A stretch of DNA of 64,000 bases from Octopus sinensis (Eukaryota), in the NCBI RefSeq assembly GCF_006345805.1, contig NC_043003.1, positions 43,772,001 through 43,836,000 on the forward strand, given 5' to 3'. Shown piece after piece: positions 40,551 to 57,262 of the stretch (its first letter is position 1; every line of letters begins with the position of its first letter). Position numbers and translations under genes: made by a program. The notes beneath the pieces were generated by a model. The model had not been told where the DNA came from. It was given only the letters and a program-made list of their open reading frames with translations, and did no database searches.

Positions 40551-40632
40551 TCCTTCTATAAAATAAATTAATTTACTCTGCTATGTATGAGTATCTTATT
40601 TACTGTGGTTAACCCCGACTCAACCCGGGACC

Positions 40633-40669
<37 letters not shown>

Positions 40670-41049
40670 AAATGCACAGAATTTATATATTTGAAATATT
40701 TTATACTACGACAGTTGATCGGTTTGGCGTTTCGGTAATCATAATATTTAGATTAGTGAAAATATTCACTTAAGATGTTTTTAGTCCCTGTTGCTTGTAT
40801 GGACGGTTGTTTATAAATGAATCACCATGTAGAAAACATATGAGGACAAGTAATTTATGATTGTTATGATTCTAGAGAGGGGAGGTAAATGCACATGGTG
40901 AGAGTAAATTTATTTAAACTTATGGGTTTAAATAGTAAGATAAAATATGTACGGCGTTGGTAATGGCATCATGGGTTAAAATGTAAAAAAAAATCAATAT
41001 TATTTAAGCGTTGTTACTCTGGTGTCGTTGGTATTTTTGAATAAATATA

Positions 41050-41280
41050 TTTTTTTATTTAATTGTTTTTGTATATTGTTCCCCCCCACTGGTATGTGGG
41101 AAAAACCATAAAGTTTGGTTGGCGAATTCCTGTATTTCTCTCTGTATGTTCACTCAACAGTATTTGTATACACCTTAAGAAATGGAGTTGTTCCTCACGC
41201 AGCGTAGTTGTCCGTCTAAGTGACATCCTTGTTTGACCTTTATAGTTGTGTCCCCAACCTGAAAAAGTTATCACCTAAAT
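41050..41280 (-). mobile_element. Penelope-like element GIY-YIG fragment
   Basis: ITFSGWGHNYKGQTRMSLRRTTTL...CIQILLSEHTER...PNFMVFPTYQ parallels CxGCxxxYIGQT..LRxR..H...SEH and the ORF at 60306-60587. Confidence 0.65.
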
Positions 41281-41398
41281 TATGCACAAATTGTAAATCT
41301 CTGTTTTGCTTGAAATGGAATTCCGAACCTTCATATGTGTGTGTGCGTGCGTGTTCGTGTGTGTGCGCGTGTGCGTATGTGTGTGTGTGTCTGTCTGT

Positions 41399-41434
<36 letters not shown>

Positions 41435-43565
41435 TACATATATTTAATTTATATAGAACATCTTTGTTACAGCAATCTGATTTAAGTTTAATGCTATAAA
41501 GAATATACCGTTAATATATTTTTCCGCAATGATCGTGGCTAACAGGAGATTATGTGGGAAGAATCGATATTTGAGGGTTAACCTTTCTGCTTGCAGTGGT
41601 TAAGAATCAGCATTTTGCAACGTAAATTTATTAGCAATCTCGGCCATTTACGATCTGTTCATCTACTTTCACAAAGTAGTGGGAAAATTATTGTTTATAT
41701 AATTAATAATTTGCGCATTTACATATGTGTTGCGCACGTGTCTTTTCATTTGTGCTTCGGATATCTGATTTCATTACCAATAATGCTTTAATTCATAGAT
41801 GTTCAAGTTTCACCATGTTGACAAGAGTTATATGTATACTGCAGGATGTGTAAAATTTATGTGAAAATTGATGTGCAAACTAAGAGCTGAGCTAGTGATT
41901 TTAGTGTTGTTGTCACTGTGATGCTGAGTATGCTTTCTAATATGCTGAAAATTTACATGGTTGTTGTTTCAAGTAAATAGCTCACTTCCAGAATAGACTT
42001 GGGGGCTTAATATGGTATACTGCTTCTTTTACATTAAGTTTTAAGAATAATATAGGGAAATAATTGGACCCTGATACATAATGATTTCTCTGAAGGCACT
42101 ATGTATAGGAGATGTATTAATAGTCGTTCCGTGAAGGTCAGGTATATTTGCAGTGCCTAATTTGAGAAAAGATAATCTTGAGTAGCTCGGGAAAATGATC
42201 TATTCCGGAACTATGCGATGTCAAGGATGCGAATCGGAGGTTATTTTAAGCGAACGCACTAAATAATGATCGACAAGAAAATGTACATCGGTAATTGTAA
42301 CTGAGACTTCAACAAGTCAGGTTGTAAACACGTGTCATAATTTAGGGACGCTGACTAAATAAATACAATGCAATTAGCAAAAAAAAACACACTCATACGC
42401 CTCTTCCAGCATCAAATTACCAAGAGATCAAATCTGTTCAGACAAATTTCTGAACAAAAGTAAGACAGCAAATGAAAAAATGTAAACGTCTTGTTTGCTT
42501 GTATGTCTAAACTACGATACTCTAATGCAGACTTCAATTTGCCAACTCAAACTATTTTAATACTAGCACAACACATAGGAAACGGGTCAAAATAACACCT
42601 CAAATATAAACTCTGAAATGATATGGACACATCTATGTATGCATGCAATGTTCATTTTTTTGGTATTAAATGTAGATTTCTATGCTTTATAGCGACTTCA
42701 TATGCTAGCTACAATAAGCAGCTTGCGTTTTCAAACTGTTACGAACCACACTGGCGGAAAAATATTCCTTTAAAAATAATTTTTGTGAAACAATATCATA
42801 GTAGCGTTAGACATTTTGTAAATAATCTCATGATTGACAAGAAGGATGTTGTCGGCTTCATCTAAGCTGCATCCGCCTATCTACTTACCAGCATGACGCA
42901 TAAAGGACGTTGTTTTAAGTAAGTTATATGAAATATTAATGATTTCAAGACAACTGGGTTTTTAATTTGCTAAACTTACTAACTTTCGAACTTTTCAGTA
43001 TTTCAATCTCATCCTCGGTCTGTTTTTTTGTCTGTCGCTCTCTATCTCTCTTTTCTCTCGCTTACTCTGTCTATCTCCCTGTCTGACTACTGTTTGCCTG
43101 TCAATGTGTCTATCTACATAGGAATCTGAGTAACAGTGTTTGTGAAGCCCTGTACATCAAGTACAGGTCATTACCAACGAATGAAAATTACGTAGACACA
43201 CGAGCGATAAGTACAGGACAAAGAAGCCCTAAAATATACAATAAGAACAGGATATTACCAAAAGTAAAAAATACGTAAACACATGAGAGACAAGCGCAGG
43301 AGAAATTACCCAAAAAATGTAACCCCCCCCCCATATATATATATATATGCATATACATACATATAAATATTCATATATATGCGCTTACACACGTATCCGC
43401 ATACACTTGCATACACATAAACACGTTGTATACACTTAAATATATATATATATATATAGTCCACATGTATGTGACTCAAATTGTCATTCTCTATACGATC
43501 TTGTATTTGATTTTTGATATATTTTATCAAAAGATTTTTGCGATATCTTCAAGAATTACTAGTCT

Positions 43566-43900
43566 ATCATCATCATTGTTCGACCGTCGTCGAGTCAATG
43601 GAGTTTACCATGCTACGCTAGACTTCACGGTCCATCATGGCATTACGGAGGTCCTGTTGCTGGATGCCTGTATCCCTGGAGATTACATCAGGGTAGGAGA
43701 GTGTGCGCCCTCTGATATTGCGAGTAGATGACTTCCAGAAGAGAAGAGTAGAAATTGCCTCGTTTTCAGTTCTACAACAATGTCCAGCAAACTGGACTCT
43801 CCTACCTTTCACAAGAGATGACACAGGTGGTAGTTTCCCATATATTTGCATTTTGGTTGGATTACTAGTCTAACGTTCACACTCGTCCGGCCAACAAGTA
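43566..43900 (-). mobile_element. RTE-clade LINE 3' end with (TGA)n tail
   Basis: QIYGKLPPVSSLVKGRRVQFAGHCCR..LLFWK..RGRTLSYPDVISRDTG..LRNAMMDREV is the typical RTE C-terminus; tail tcatcatcat at 43566-43576. Confidence 0.85.
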
Positions 43901-44959
43901 TTTATGTTTACTTTCGTTGATAGATTGATCATGCCTCAGACCTGCAACAGTCAAAATATGAAATTCATAGTAAACCGCTTCCAATGTTTCTGAGGTTGAT
44001 GAAACACAACTGAATATACGGAATTACCAATTGCTTCGCTGCAATTTGCTTATGACATATTTTCCATATCAAGTGAAGTTACTCTCTTTATTATTACAAT
44101 GAGTGGAAGATTGACTTCTGTTCATAGCGTTTTATTTTCGTGGCAGCAAAATTCATAATATTGTGTATCTTTCGAAATGCAGTAATTCTAAAAACCACCA
44201 GATGCCTCATTTCTCATGTATGCCTTCTTCCATACTACCCGTCGAAACATTTTTGCGATATTTTTGAAGTCAAGTAGTATAACTTTATTAAGGGAATGCG
44301 TTCCACGTCTTACTATACAGTCTCCATTCTATGCTATCACAACATATTTGGTCTCACATATTCGGTTCGTTTTCGAATTTCCATCTCTAGCTTAAGACAG
44401 CGTCTTCTAGTGTAAAATAATCTACTCTGCCGTACATGGAATAGCAACAGCAATTTTTCGCATGGAAAAAAGCACATTTGATAAAGCGGTTTCGATTTGG
44501 TTCAATTAATGCATTCAAAGCTTCATATAAGGTTTAGAAGAATTGAGAAGATTTTAGCAGCAAAATATCGAAATAAATTTGTCTTGGCTCAGAAATTCGC
44601 TAGTAATATTGGTGCGCTTTTTGGATTTGCTTTTAACAATATTGGCTTTGATCGCGGAAGTGGAGTAACACGAAGTGATACGCACACACACACACACGAC
44701 ACACACACACACGCGCACATACGTACGTGTGTGTGTGTGCATATATGTTTTTGTGAGTGCGTATGGCTGTGTGGATTATGTAATCCGGCCTACAACGTAT
44801 TTTACAACGTAGCACATATAAGAAAATATCTGCCGGAGAGATAGCTAGGTTGCGATAATTCTGAATAATGATAGCTGGAGAATTTATATGTTTTATAAGT
44901 ATGTAATTATGTGTTTGTGTATATATGCATGTATATGTGTAAATTTATGCATATTTGAT

Positions 44960-47000
<2,041 letters not shown>

Positions 47001-48402
47001 ATTGACTGATTGATTGATTCCTGCCTGCATGAATACATATATAATGAAAGAAATATACATATTCACATGTATGTAACGAAAGCGACTGCAGATATACAGA
47101 TAGAGAAAGAACAGAAAGAAGAGGTAGGAAATACACAGATAGCGGATGTAAAAGAATAAGTTATAGAGATTGTGAAAGCAGGCTGAGAACAGAGTAAAAG
47201 ATGTAGGCGAGAGTGAAAATATAAGAAATATTTGAGGAGGAGGAAATAGAATAAGAGAACAGTGATGAAGAATGTATGACGAGAGAGGACACAAAAAGTA
47301 CACTTTGTAGAAGATAAAGATAGAGAAAGATAGGTGGAGAAAATATTTACCACGAGGCAAAATGTGGGTGTTACAGAGAGTAAGGAGAAACTGAAGAGCG
47401 ACATACATAGAAAATGAGACGGGAAAGCTTGGTGTGAGAAGGAAGTACATGAATACATTGGGAAAGATGGAGAGAGTGTAAATAGTTATTCTTCGTTTTC
47501 TTTCTTCTTTCTTCTCGGGATATGATGATGGTGTATCATGTTGTGCAATTTGCAAATATATGCATCATACTAGAATTTGTGTGTTTTCAGAAGAATATGA
47601 TATCTCTCAGTCTATTTATCTAACAGTCTATCACTCTAAACCCGCCATCACCCTAAACAACTGCAAACGAGAAAATCATTTAATTACATAGATTCATTAT
47701 GTTCATCTTGGTGGAACTTTTTTTTTACATATAACGAGGATGTAACATATATGTTTAAAGTTCAAATGCAGCTGAAACGTGTTTTTGGAATATAACTACT
47801 TTCCTAGACGATAGTAAAGAGGAAAATTATATTAAATAAATAAAATATATGTAATAAAATATATTTTCGTTTGAAACTATAAACATCATTTACCTGCCTT
47901 TCTGTTTTTCAAGGCTTTGAGGTTAAATATCGCTGCATGAAACATATGGTTTCGTGATAATTCCTCCGTTGAAGAACGTAGCATAATTTTTAGCCGCATA
48001 AATTTAAAACTCTGTTTCTTATATATACAAAGCGACATATTGACGATAAAACAGTAGATGTATATAAGCCTGTATATATAGATAGGTTGTCCTGGAATTT
48101 TGTGCGTGTTTTCTGAAAAATATTTCATTCTGGCAGAAAAAAAATACACACGAAAATTACGAATACTAATCGATTTAAAAAATAACTCACTAGCATAAAA
48201 GCTACTAATCTTTCAATACCAATTGTTTATTAAGTAGCGTTAAGTTTCTAAAGAGAAATAGATGAACTGTCGCAATTATGAGCGTACTTTAAGATTTGAC
48301 CTCTAATACCGCCGATGTCAACTTTGCTCTTCTTCCTTGGGGGTGTAATTAAAATAAATTACCAATCAAATACTATCGGTTGATCTGCTGAAAATTGCAA
48401 GG

Positions 48403-48443
<41 letters not shown>

Positions 48444-50670
48444 TAAAACTATTAAGATGCTCCACCATTATCTGTAAGATTTTTACAGCGCATACACGGA
48501 ACACTTCTGAAAGGTTTTGTACTTTTATTCATCACCAATGAAAATATCAATTATGAAAAACAGATGTTGGAATTAGGTACAGCTGCCAGAAGCACCAACC
48601 AAAACGATTGTGTTTCAGGCATAATCATAGAAAGACAATAATGAAGGTAATATCGCTGACTTGGCTCATCATCACGTTATTACAATTTCATGTTCGTCAT
48701 AGATATGTAAATGACTTGCCTCGCATTATATGCGACACGAAGTATATGCTAGCAAATCGAACCGCTGAAACATGCAGTGGTTTTAAGCACAGACAATTTT
48801 GCAGAGTGGAGCGCTGCAGCGCATCGTCAAATGAATTGTCTAAGTTTTCAGATTACGTTTATTAATGTACTGTATAAAGGTATTAGTTATTGTGAATAAA
48901 TAAAATACGAGGAAGAGTTAATGATATTAATGATGGCAGATATAACTTATATCTGGCGAAGATTGATTCACCAAATACTTTGGCATTGTGCCATTTTCAA
49001 GAATATATGTTCTCTTAAATGTAAATAGAATTCGCGACAAACAACTGCTTTCTGTTAACATCTAACCTTGAAGCATTAATCATGTCTTACGACTTCGAAG
49101 ATTGCGTTTATAAATCAGGGCCGCATAAACCATGTTTATATGCACAGCGATATTTTAGGAAAGACTGCGATTCAAAAATATTCTATTAAATTATTTTCGA
49201 CTAGTATATTTGCGATTTATTTAATTTTCTTTTTTTTATATAAAAGCAGTTTAACGACATTATTTCTAAATTTAAATCATAATGAGCTACATTTGTTTAA
49301 CTATTACTTAAATTGTAAGAACAGTCAGCATAAAAAGCGATTTGGTAGTCGTTGAAAGATACTTTTATAATATTTATATCAAGAACACCTAAAATAGAAA
49401 CTATTGGTTCGTCAAAGGTTAACTGAATAATGCAAGTGTTATATGTTGAAGCTGAAAAATCAACTGCTTCTTCATTACAAACTAAAGTGTTAGTTCCATG
49501 CAATGACATTACTATAGCTTCTTTGCTCTAATTACTTCAAAATACTGCATGTATAAACCAGATTCCCCTGTTGTGTAGTGTATGTAACTGTAGATCACAA
49601 GTTGCATTGTAATTTGCATATCTCCAGAAACATATTTTTAAGAATCTTTTCATAATAAAACATTGTTCTTCGCAGAGAAAGTTCATATTAGTATAACATT
49701 TGTGCAACTTGGAAGTGAATCTAAGTCAACAAGAATAAATAAGAAGAAAATAAGAATCTGCAAACAATGGAAGAAAAATAGAATTCATGAGTTCCACATT
49801 AGTCACAAAAATATTACTTTCGCAATATTGGGTTCCATGACATGTAAAACAGTTCAAAATGGTTCGGAATAAAATTTGGGTTGGAATAATTCGACCGTCT
49901 CAACAGGTGAATCTACAAATTATAGTGTCACATTTTTATTATTAATAAATCATAAAATTATAACAATAAAAACAAAATTATAAAGTTCTAAAATACGACA
50001 TGGTAAAAATGTACAATTTTCTGAGGATGCTACGTACAAACAAACACAGAGAGACGGACAGACAGACAGACAAACAGGGAGACAGGACACACGCACACAC
50101 ACACATATACACGTAGGGGTGGAGTGAGAGAGAAATAGGGGGAGAGTGCGGGGAAGAAAGAGGCAGAGATTGTATTCGGTTCAGTGGGGAATTTTAATGA
50201 TGAAGATCAAATACATTTTGGAGGAAAGCGGTATGTTGCCTAGAAATCGAGAGCCGTGCTAATGAAGATATATACGGTAAAACAAAACAAAATATCAGAA
50301 TTTCATATATATCCTACACTGATTTCTGATATTATATCACCTGTACATGAAACTAAGTCTATCACGAGGTTTAGTATTCGTTCCGATAAGTGTATTAAAA
50401 ACAATATTGGATAATAATCTTGAAAACAAAAGGGAAATGCCACCCATAATTCTATTTCGAAAATGTTAAACATCGGAATGATTGAGCAAAAGTATGGTAT
50501 CACGGATGAAAATCTTAATTAACATTAGATTATTGTAATAAAATATTGGATTATTGCATTTTGTTATTCTTATCTTTGATCAGACCGATATTTATTGCGT
50601 CAGCGTATATTTTCCTATAACACACACACACATAGATACGTACATACAATTATATATATATATAACACAT

Positions 50671-50706
<36 letters not shown>

Positions 50707-50732
50707 ACACAATTATATATATGCATTCATAC

Positions 50733-50794
<62 letters not shown>

Positions 50795-50952
50795 GGAGAA
50801 CATAACTTTGTAGTCGGGTGTGAATACGAACTGAGAGCGTTGAATACCAACGTTGGAGATGTTAGAGATCACTGTGGAATTGTTTATGGCGCTGAACGTT
50901 TACAGAAACCATAACACAAATAATCCAGCGACGGTCTAGGTTTTTCGTTTGC

Positions 50953-50990
<38 letters not shown>

Positions 50991-52039
50991 CATATATGCA
51001 TATGTATGTCAATAACTATGAAGAATATGTCTGTGTCTACATGTATGGTTGTATGTGTGCTAGCATGTGTACTCATAAAGGCAAAAGATATTGTGCCTGA
51101 GTGTATGTTTTTTATGCAGTTCGCACATAAATGCAAATACGAACCACAACATATGGATGGCATGTATGGTATTTGTTGAAAATGTTACTTATATAAACAC
51201 ATATATGTTACATACCAAATCCCCACCTTCAACCTCTTCTCCGAATTCATAAACCAGATAATAATCTTGGCCTCTGTATCATCAGCTATAATTTGCACAA
51301 CCGAACTCCTTTTTACATATCTTGAACTTTCCTCTCGACCCACGTCACTAACTTCCTCTTACATATATATGACACCAGGCAAGATCTAAACCCGTTTTCT
51401 CATTCATCTGGACCATATTAGATTCTTTTGTGAATGAACATTAAATCACTCTACACAGTTATCCACTCAGTACTGCGTCCATCAGCATAATAATCTTTCG
51501 TTTAACTGAGTTTCTTCTTTCATTTTGATGCTGTCATTTTTCAAGAGTATTTTAAAAATATTTGTTGAATCGTTATGAGTATCAGGGTTGTCTCTAATGG
51601 AACTAGCTTGGCGTCTTCCGCGGTCGCCTTGAAGAACAATTCGTTGTCTAATTCATGGAAACGACCCCATGCCTGTATTTCCAGTATATCAAAGACTGTC
51701 TGAATGCTACCACTCTCGTAAAAGAGCAGTGCGTTAGGCTCATTTCGTTAGATGTGTTAGGTTCATTTCATTCCATTACTCCTTGGATTTTGCCTTCACC
51801 GGTATGTCTCTTGCTGAAAACACTACGCACCTGAACGCTTCAGACAGCTTCAAGCCAACTTACATTTCACAACTATTTCTTACCCTAATATACATATCAT
51901 TTCTCTTCTGGCCCTGAATGCATTTAATCGGCCATAATATTCTCTCAGTTTCTTCGGTTTTGGCTACCGTGTTTCATAAATTGGGATTTCGTATCACATA
52001 TGAGAATGCTACATTTCTTCCTCAAACGATAGTACTCTG

Positions 52040-53940
52040 CATCTACGTGGGACCTACATTCAGGTGGACTCGCGTCACCGCTCTTCGTTGATCCATCGTT
52101 CTATTGAAGCAAACACTCATCCAGAGCCTCGGAATTCTACATTCTCATACCATAATCACACCTCTTCTCAACTTGGAACCTTTTCTCCCTTAAGGAAAAG
52201 ACCCGTCAGCACTCTCCTAGTAAGAAGTTTTATTGTGTCCATTTACTCTAATAAAGTATTTTTATCCCTCTATATCATGTCACTGCTTGATAAATCTATT
52301 GCATTTGCTAATTCATATTTTGATCCAATATCAGGCAAGTGAGGAAAAGCACTATTGATCAGTAAAAGATTAGCTTGGGTAAAAATGTTGCATAGTGATG
52401 AACTATTTGATGTATCTCTGGGGTCATATGATAGTGCTGATATCTGTGATCTTGTTAGCTTATTTATATGCAACACATTGAAATATAAATACCTAGTTCA
52501 TGACATTGGTTTATACCGTAACGACAGTTTGGGTATTTCCCATATGTGCATTGGTCACACGCTTATTAGATTTAGGAAGGAATTAATTTCTACCTTTAAT
52601 CAATTAGTACTTAAAATAACAGTAGCTACTAATGTCTATATAGTTAATTATTTAGCTGTTTCCCTAGATTTATACTCTTCCTCATATAAAGCTTTCCATA
52701 AGCCTAATGAGAGACTCGCATATATACATAAGCAGTTTTCTCACCCTCCTGTAGTATTTAAAAATATGATAGCTAATATTAGTAACAGAGTGTCTAACCT
52801 CTCTTCGTTCAAAGGAATTTTCGAGAAAGTTTTCTCCTATTATAACAAGGCCCTAGCCAATGGTGGCTTCAAAGACAAATTAGTATATAATCCCTCCAAT
52901 AATAAATATATCAACAATGGATTTGGTGCATCAAAGATAAATTACTACTTAACTCCTTTGCTATTAATCAAGATAGTAATAAACCTAAAAATAGGCCAAG
53001 GAAATCTATGTGGTTCCCTCCTCTCTTTTTTCTTAATATAAAAACTAGCATTGGTAAAATATTCCTGGCACTCCTAGACAAACACATTCCAGCCACTCAC
53101 AGATAAGGAAAATATTTTATAGGAGTTCTGTAAAATTATCATAAAGCTGCTGCCCTACGTTCTCAATGCCAAGAACTTGAATCCAATTGCAACTCTGTCG
53201 ACCCAGGATCCTGTCCACTTGACCAACGCTGTGCGACTAAATTTATCAGATACGCGGCAGAAGTGACTGCAACCCTGAATAATAATACAACTGATAAGAA
53301 GACCTATATTGTTTTGTGGGAAAGAGATTTTAAAAACTGTTATGCCAGTCACATAGCTTCCTTCCGATAAATGGACAAAAGTAAAACTATTAAATTGGCA
53401 AGTTACATACGAACCTTGAAAGATGATGAAACCCCGCATGTGATTAAATGGAAAGTAATTGAGAAATCCATACCTTATGTGAATCGATCGAATACATGTA
53501 GATTTGTTTGGCTGAATTGGTACTGAACCTGTTCAAATCTAAGATCACTATCTCTCTATTGAATTGCAGGTCAGTAATTTTCAATGGTTTCATGCATATG
53601 TATAAATATATTCTGAGGAACTGGAAAATTCCGTCTATTCATGACTGACTCTTTTACCTTTTTACTTTTTATTTTTGACATTTTCTGTTTTTCGTTTTCC
53701 GTTGTTTACTGTCTGCGTTTTCTATATGCTGCCTTCTCAGTTTTTTCGCCTTTCTTCTATTATACAATTTCTTTAGTTCGTTATGATATGTGTTTTGCGC
53801 CTGAAGAGTATCTTTGAGTTCTCTCAACATATGAAACTATTAGTAGCGCTTTGACACGTGTATTGTGACCTTAATTAAATAACACTTATCTTTCACCGGA
53901 TGAGTTCTTTTTTTGTTGAATTTTACTCACGGGTCAGTAC
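52040..53940 (+). mobile_element. Penelope-like retroelement with RT and C-terminal GIY-YIG, probably Naiad clade, decayed
   Basis: FYPSI; FDVSLGSYDSADICDLV; GLYRNDSLG (YRDD site); HKPNERLAYIHKQFSHPP; KTSIGKIFLALLDKH; SCPLDQRC; KTYIV..FKNCYASH..IKWKVIEK..CRF; several stops and frameshifts. Confidence 0.9.
53797..53849 (+). ncRNA. Type I hammerhead ribozyme in the 3' region of the PLE
   Basis: gcgc-CTGAAGA-gtatctttgag(ttct)ctcaacatat-GAAA-ctattag-TA-gcgc; same strand as the PLE ORF and downstream of it. Confidence 0.8.
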
Positions 53941-53951
53941 ATTAAATATAT

Positions 53952-53987
<36 letters not shown>

Positions 53988-53993
53988 TATAAT

Positions 53994-54041
<48 letters not shown>

Positions 54042-54427
54042 GACAGTACGTATATACATACGCGTGTACTGAGCAAGTTGTCCGTTAGAAAGAATATAGT
54101 TTTGTAGTATATTGTTCGTTATGGCCATTCAGAAAAATTGTCGTCAGTTACATATATACTATTTCATTTAGCAATTTAGGTGACTCCACAAATCTGCTGG
54201 TTGGAAGCACATAGCCACGTTGCTAATGGAGTTAAGAATAAAGTCCTCTCCTGTCTGTTAGTGAGAAAATCTCTGAAAAGAATAAAATCTGTGCTGAGAA
54301 GACAAAGTATCCGTTAGCTGGGTCAATTGGTGTACGCACTGTTGTTCACTGGTCCGCAAACGGAGACAAAAAATTGACAGAGCATTTCTCTCAATGGTAC
54401 CGATTCAAAGTTTCACTTACGCAATGC

Positions 54428-54461
<34 letters not shown>

Positions 54462-54531
54462 ATATACATGTACGTGTGTGTGTATGTAAGCATTTATATA
54501 TATATATATAATATATATATTATATATATAT

Positions 54532-54568
<37 letters not shown>

Positions 54569-54834
54569 GCATAGGTGTGGCGCGGGCATGTGTGCATGTG
54601 TAAATAGATAAACATGAACGCTTGAAGATATGGCAGACCAAGCATGCAGACCTCCATTCACGACGAAAAATACTTATTATTTCGAAAACATACACACACC
54701 TTCCTTCAAATGTTTCTCCTATTTTTAGCTATGGCAAGAATAACCTTCCCAGTTAATCCTTTATATTTCAAATGCTTGCCAACAGGGACTTTGGTCAGAT
54801 CTTAAATTGTAGACCTGATGTGAAATCAAGTGAG

Positions 54835-54878
<44 letters not shown>

Positions 54879-55174
54879 ACTTCCATAAAAATACCCCCAC
54901 ACACATATGCGCACACACACTCACACACAAACACAGACATGCATGGATATATACAGATATATACATGCGCATATCTTGACATGCATCTATATGCATGAGA
55001 ATACACATATAAAACAACGTATACAAACCTGCATCTATCTCCGTATACTCCACGCATGCATACATATATGCTCAGATAACCTGTTGATGTTTTTGTAGTT
55101 CCAACGCTGGACTCTTTGATGTAGGTCAGGAACATACACTTATTCCATTTGTAAGAAATCTTGAAAGAAAACTA

Positions 55175-55223
<49 letters not shown>

Positions 55224-56698
55224 CAAAATGCACACACATGCTCACATATTTACATATATTTACATCTTTTGTATTTATATCATATTTATATATACAAACA
55301 TACAACCATATATTCATACTTACACAGATGCTTATAATTACACACAGATACATACACACAAATGCACAGACATACATACACTCACACACACGCATACACG
55401 CCTGTATTTGGTTGTTGACTGTATATGTAAATCCTCATGCAGCTTATCCGATATAGATTTGTGAATATATACTTTTGAATGTGTGTTAGAGAAAATGTGG
55501 AGTTGGAAAGACAATAACAATCATGAAGAATCGTATTTTGAAAATTCCACGAAGTATAATATAATAATATATGAATAGCTTGTAAGTTACAGCCCTTTCA
55601 TAGAAACAGTTTGATTTTCAAACACAAAATCCTACTTGTAAACCTGAATATCTGAAATGTTTTTTAAAATTAATTTGATTACTTATGGAAATTTTATTCT
55701 TTTATTCAACATGGTTTAACTATCTGAAATATGTGGAAATATGAAATTATCTACTTATATATATATCAGTCGCAATACTTGGGGGGAAAAGCGAGAAAAT
55801 TATACACGCAATATAACTGAAGACATGTGTAAGCTTCCTTTTCCCTAAAATTTTTATTACAAGAACCTTAATCTTCAACATTGTGCGCAAGTATTTTCTC
55901 AGAAGTTATGCATTCATAATATTGCTGTGTTTCATATGAATAGTTATTCGTCAGTGAAACCGGTTGTCGAGTTTGTCCGATATCGTTTTCACTTTTTTTT
56001 ATATGCAGCTTTTAATCTGATCTGGTTTATTGTATGTTATATTTGGCATCTTTAGCTTTGATGCACGGGATTTACGCATGAATTTGAGATCAAGGTTAAT
56101 TCGGAATTTCTTAGCTAAACAGCTGTTTGTACGATATATCTTCCTTCGAGAACACTGCATCTCAAAATTATCTTAAAAAAGGAATTTCTCGTGAAAGAGA
56201 TGGATAAACACTAGATGCCTCTGCAAATCTGGTTTCACGTCGTTAGTTAATCTTACAATTATTTGCTTCTTTAATATATGTGAACTTTCAGAGGAATTTA
56301 TCTTTCGGGCAAATGATTAATGTATTCGAATAATCCTTTTTCTTTTTTGTATATACCTTTCAGTTACTCTAAATCTATCAAAGAAAAAATATAAGCATAG
56401 ATTACATTACGTACATCTGTTTTGCATGTGTTTTACGAAGAAACAGAACGCTGAATGCTCTCAGATATACTTACTGTTATGAGAAAATGGAAATAATACA
56501 GAATAATTTCCCGTTTCAAAGAGGTCTTAAATGCCATGAATTTATATCACTCACATTCGAAACAATTATCATCAAATGCACTTATTCTGCAATCATCTAC
56601 ATCATCTTTCTTTTCCAATAAAGCACTGTTTCATCAACACTTCAAGTTTTATACGTCTAACAGTCTGCATCTCTGCTGCTCTCTTCTTTATATTTAAA

Positions 56699-56729
56699 CA
56701 CACACACACACACCACACACACACACACA

Positions 56730-56769
<40 letters not shown>

Positions 56770-56860
56770 ACACATACACACACACACACACATACACACC
56801 CACACACAACAACCATACACATACACACAACAAACACACACACACATAATACAAACACAC
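56699..56860. repeat. (CA)n microsatellite
   Basis: Direct reading. Confidence 0.95.
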
Positions 56861-57262
56861 CCACACTTGCACACAGACTCTCATTTATATGTATCTATAT
56901 ATACTCATTTAGACACACATTGCATTATAACGATACATTAATAGATGAAAAGACGAGTTTTATAAAAAAGCCAAAGCATTATTCCCATATTATCACATCA
57001 AATGTTGCTCCTGCATCAATTCTTTTAAAAAAGGGATTAATATATCATCAAAATCTCATCAACTAAACACTTAACCACAATCTCATAGAATATATTAGAG
57101 AAGCATCAGAATGAGACTTTCCCTTCAAGCCACAAATTAAAATTCACTTCAGAACACCAATGTAAGGTGCAAATTTCAGTCTAAATGAAAGTGGTAAATT
57201 ACATGAATTACACAGAAATGTTGAGCAGCCTCGTCGATTGATGATTCAGCTACAACAATATA

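Noticed and set aside
53896-53932. Hairpin ccggatgagttc...gaattttactcacgg as a possible SECIS
   Set aside because: It lacks the apical AA and a proper non-Watson-Crick quartet geometry
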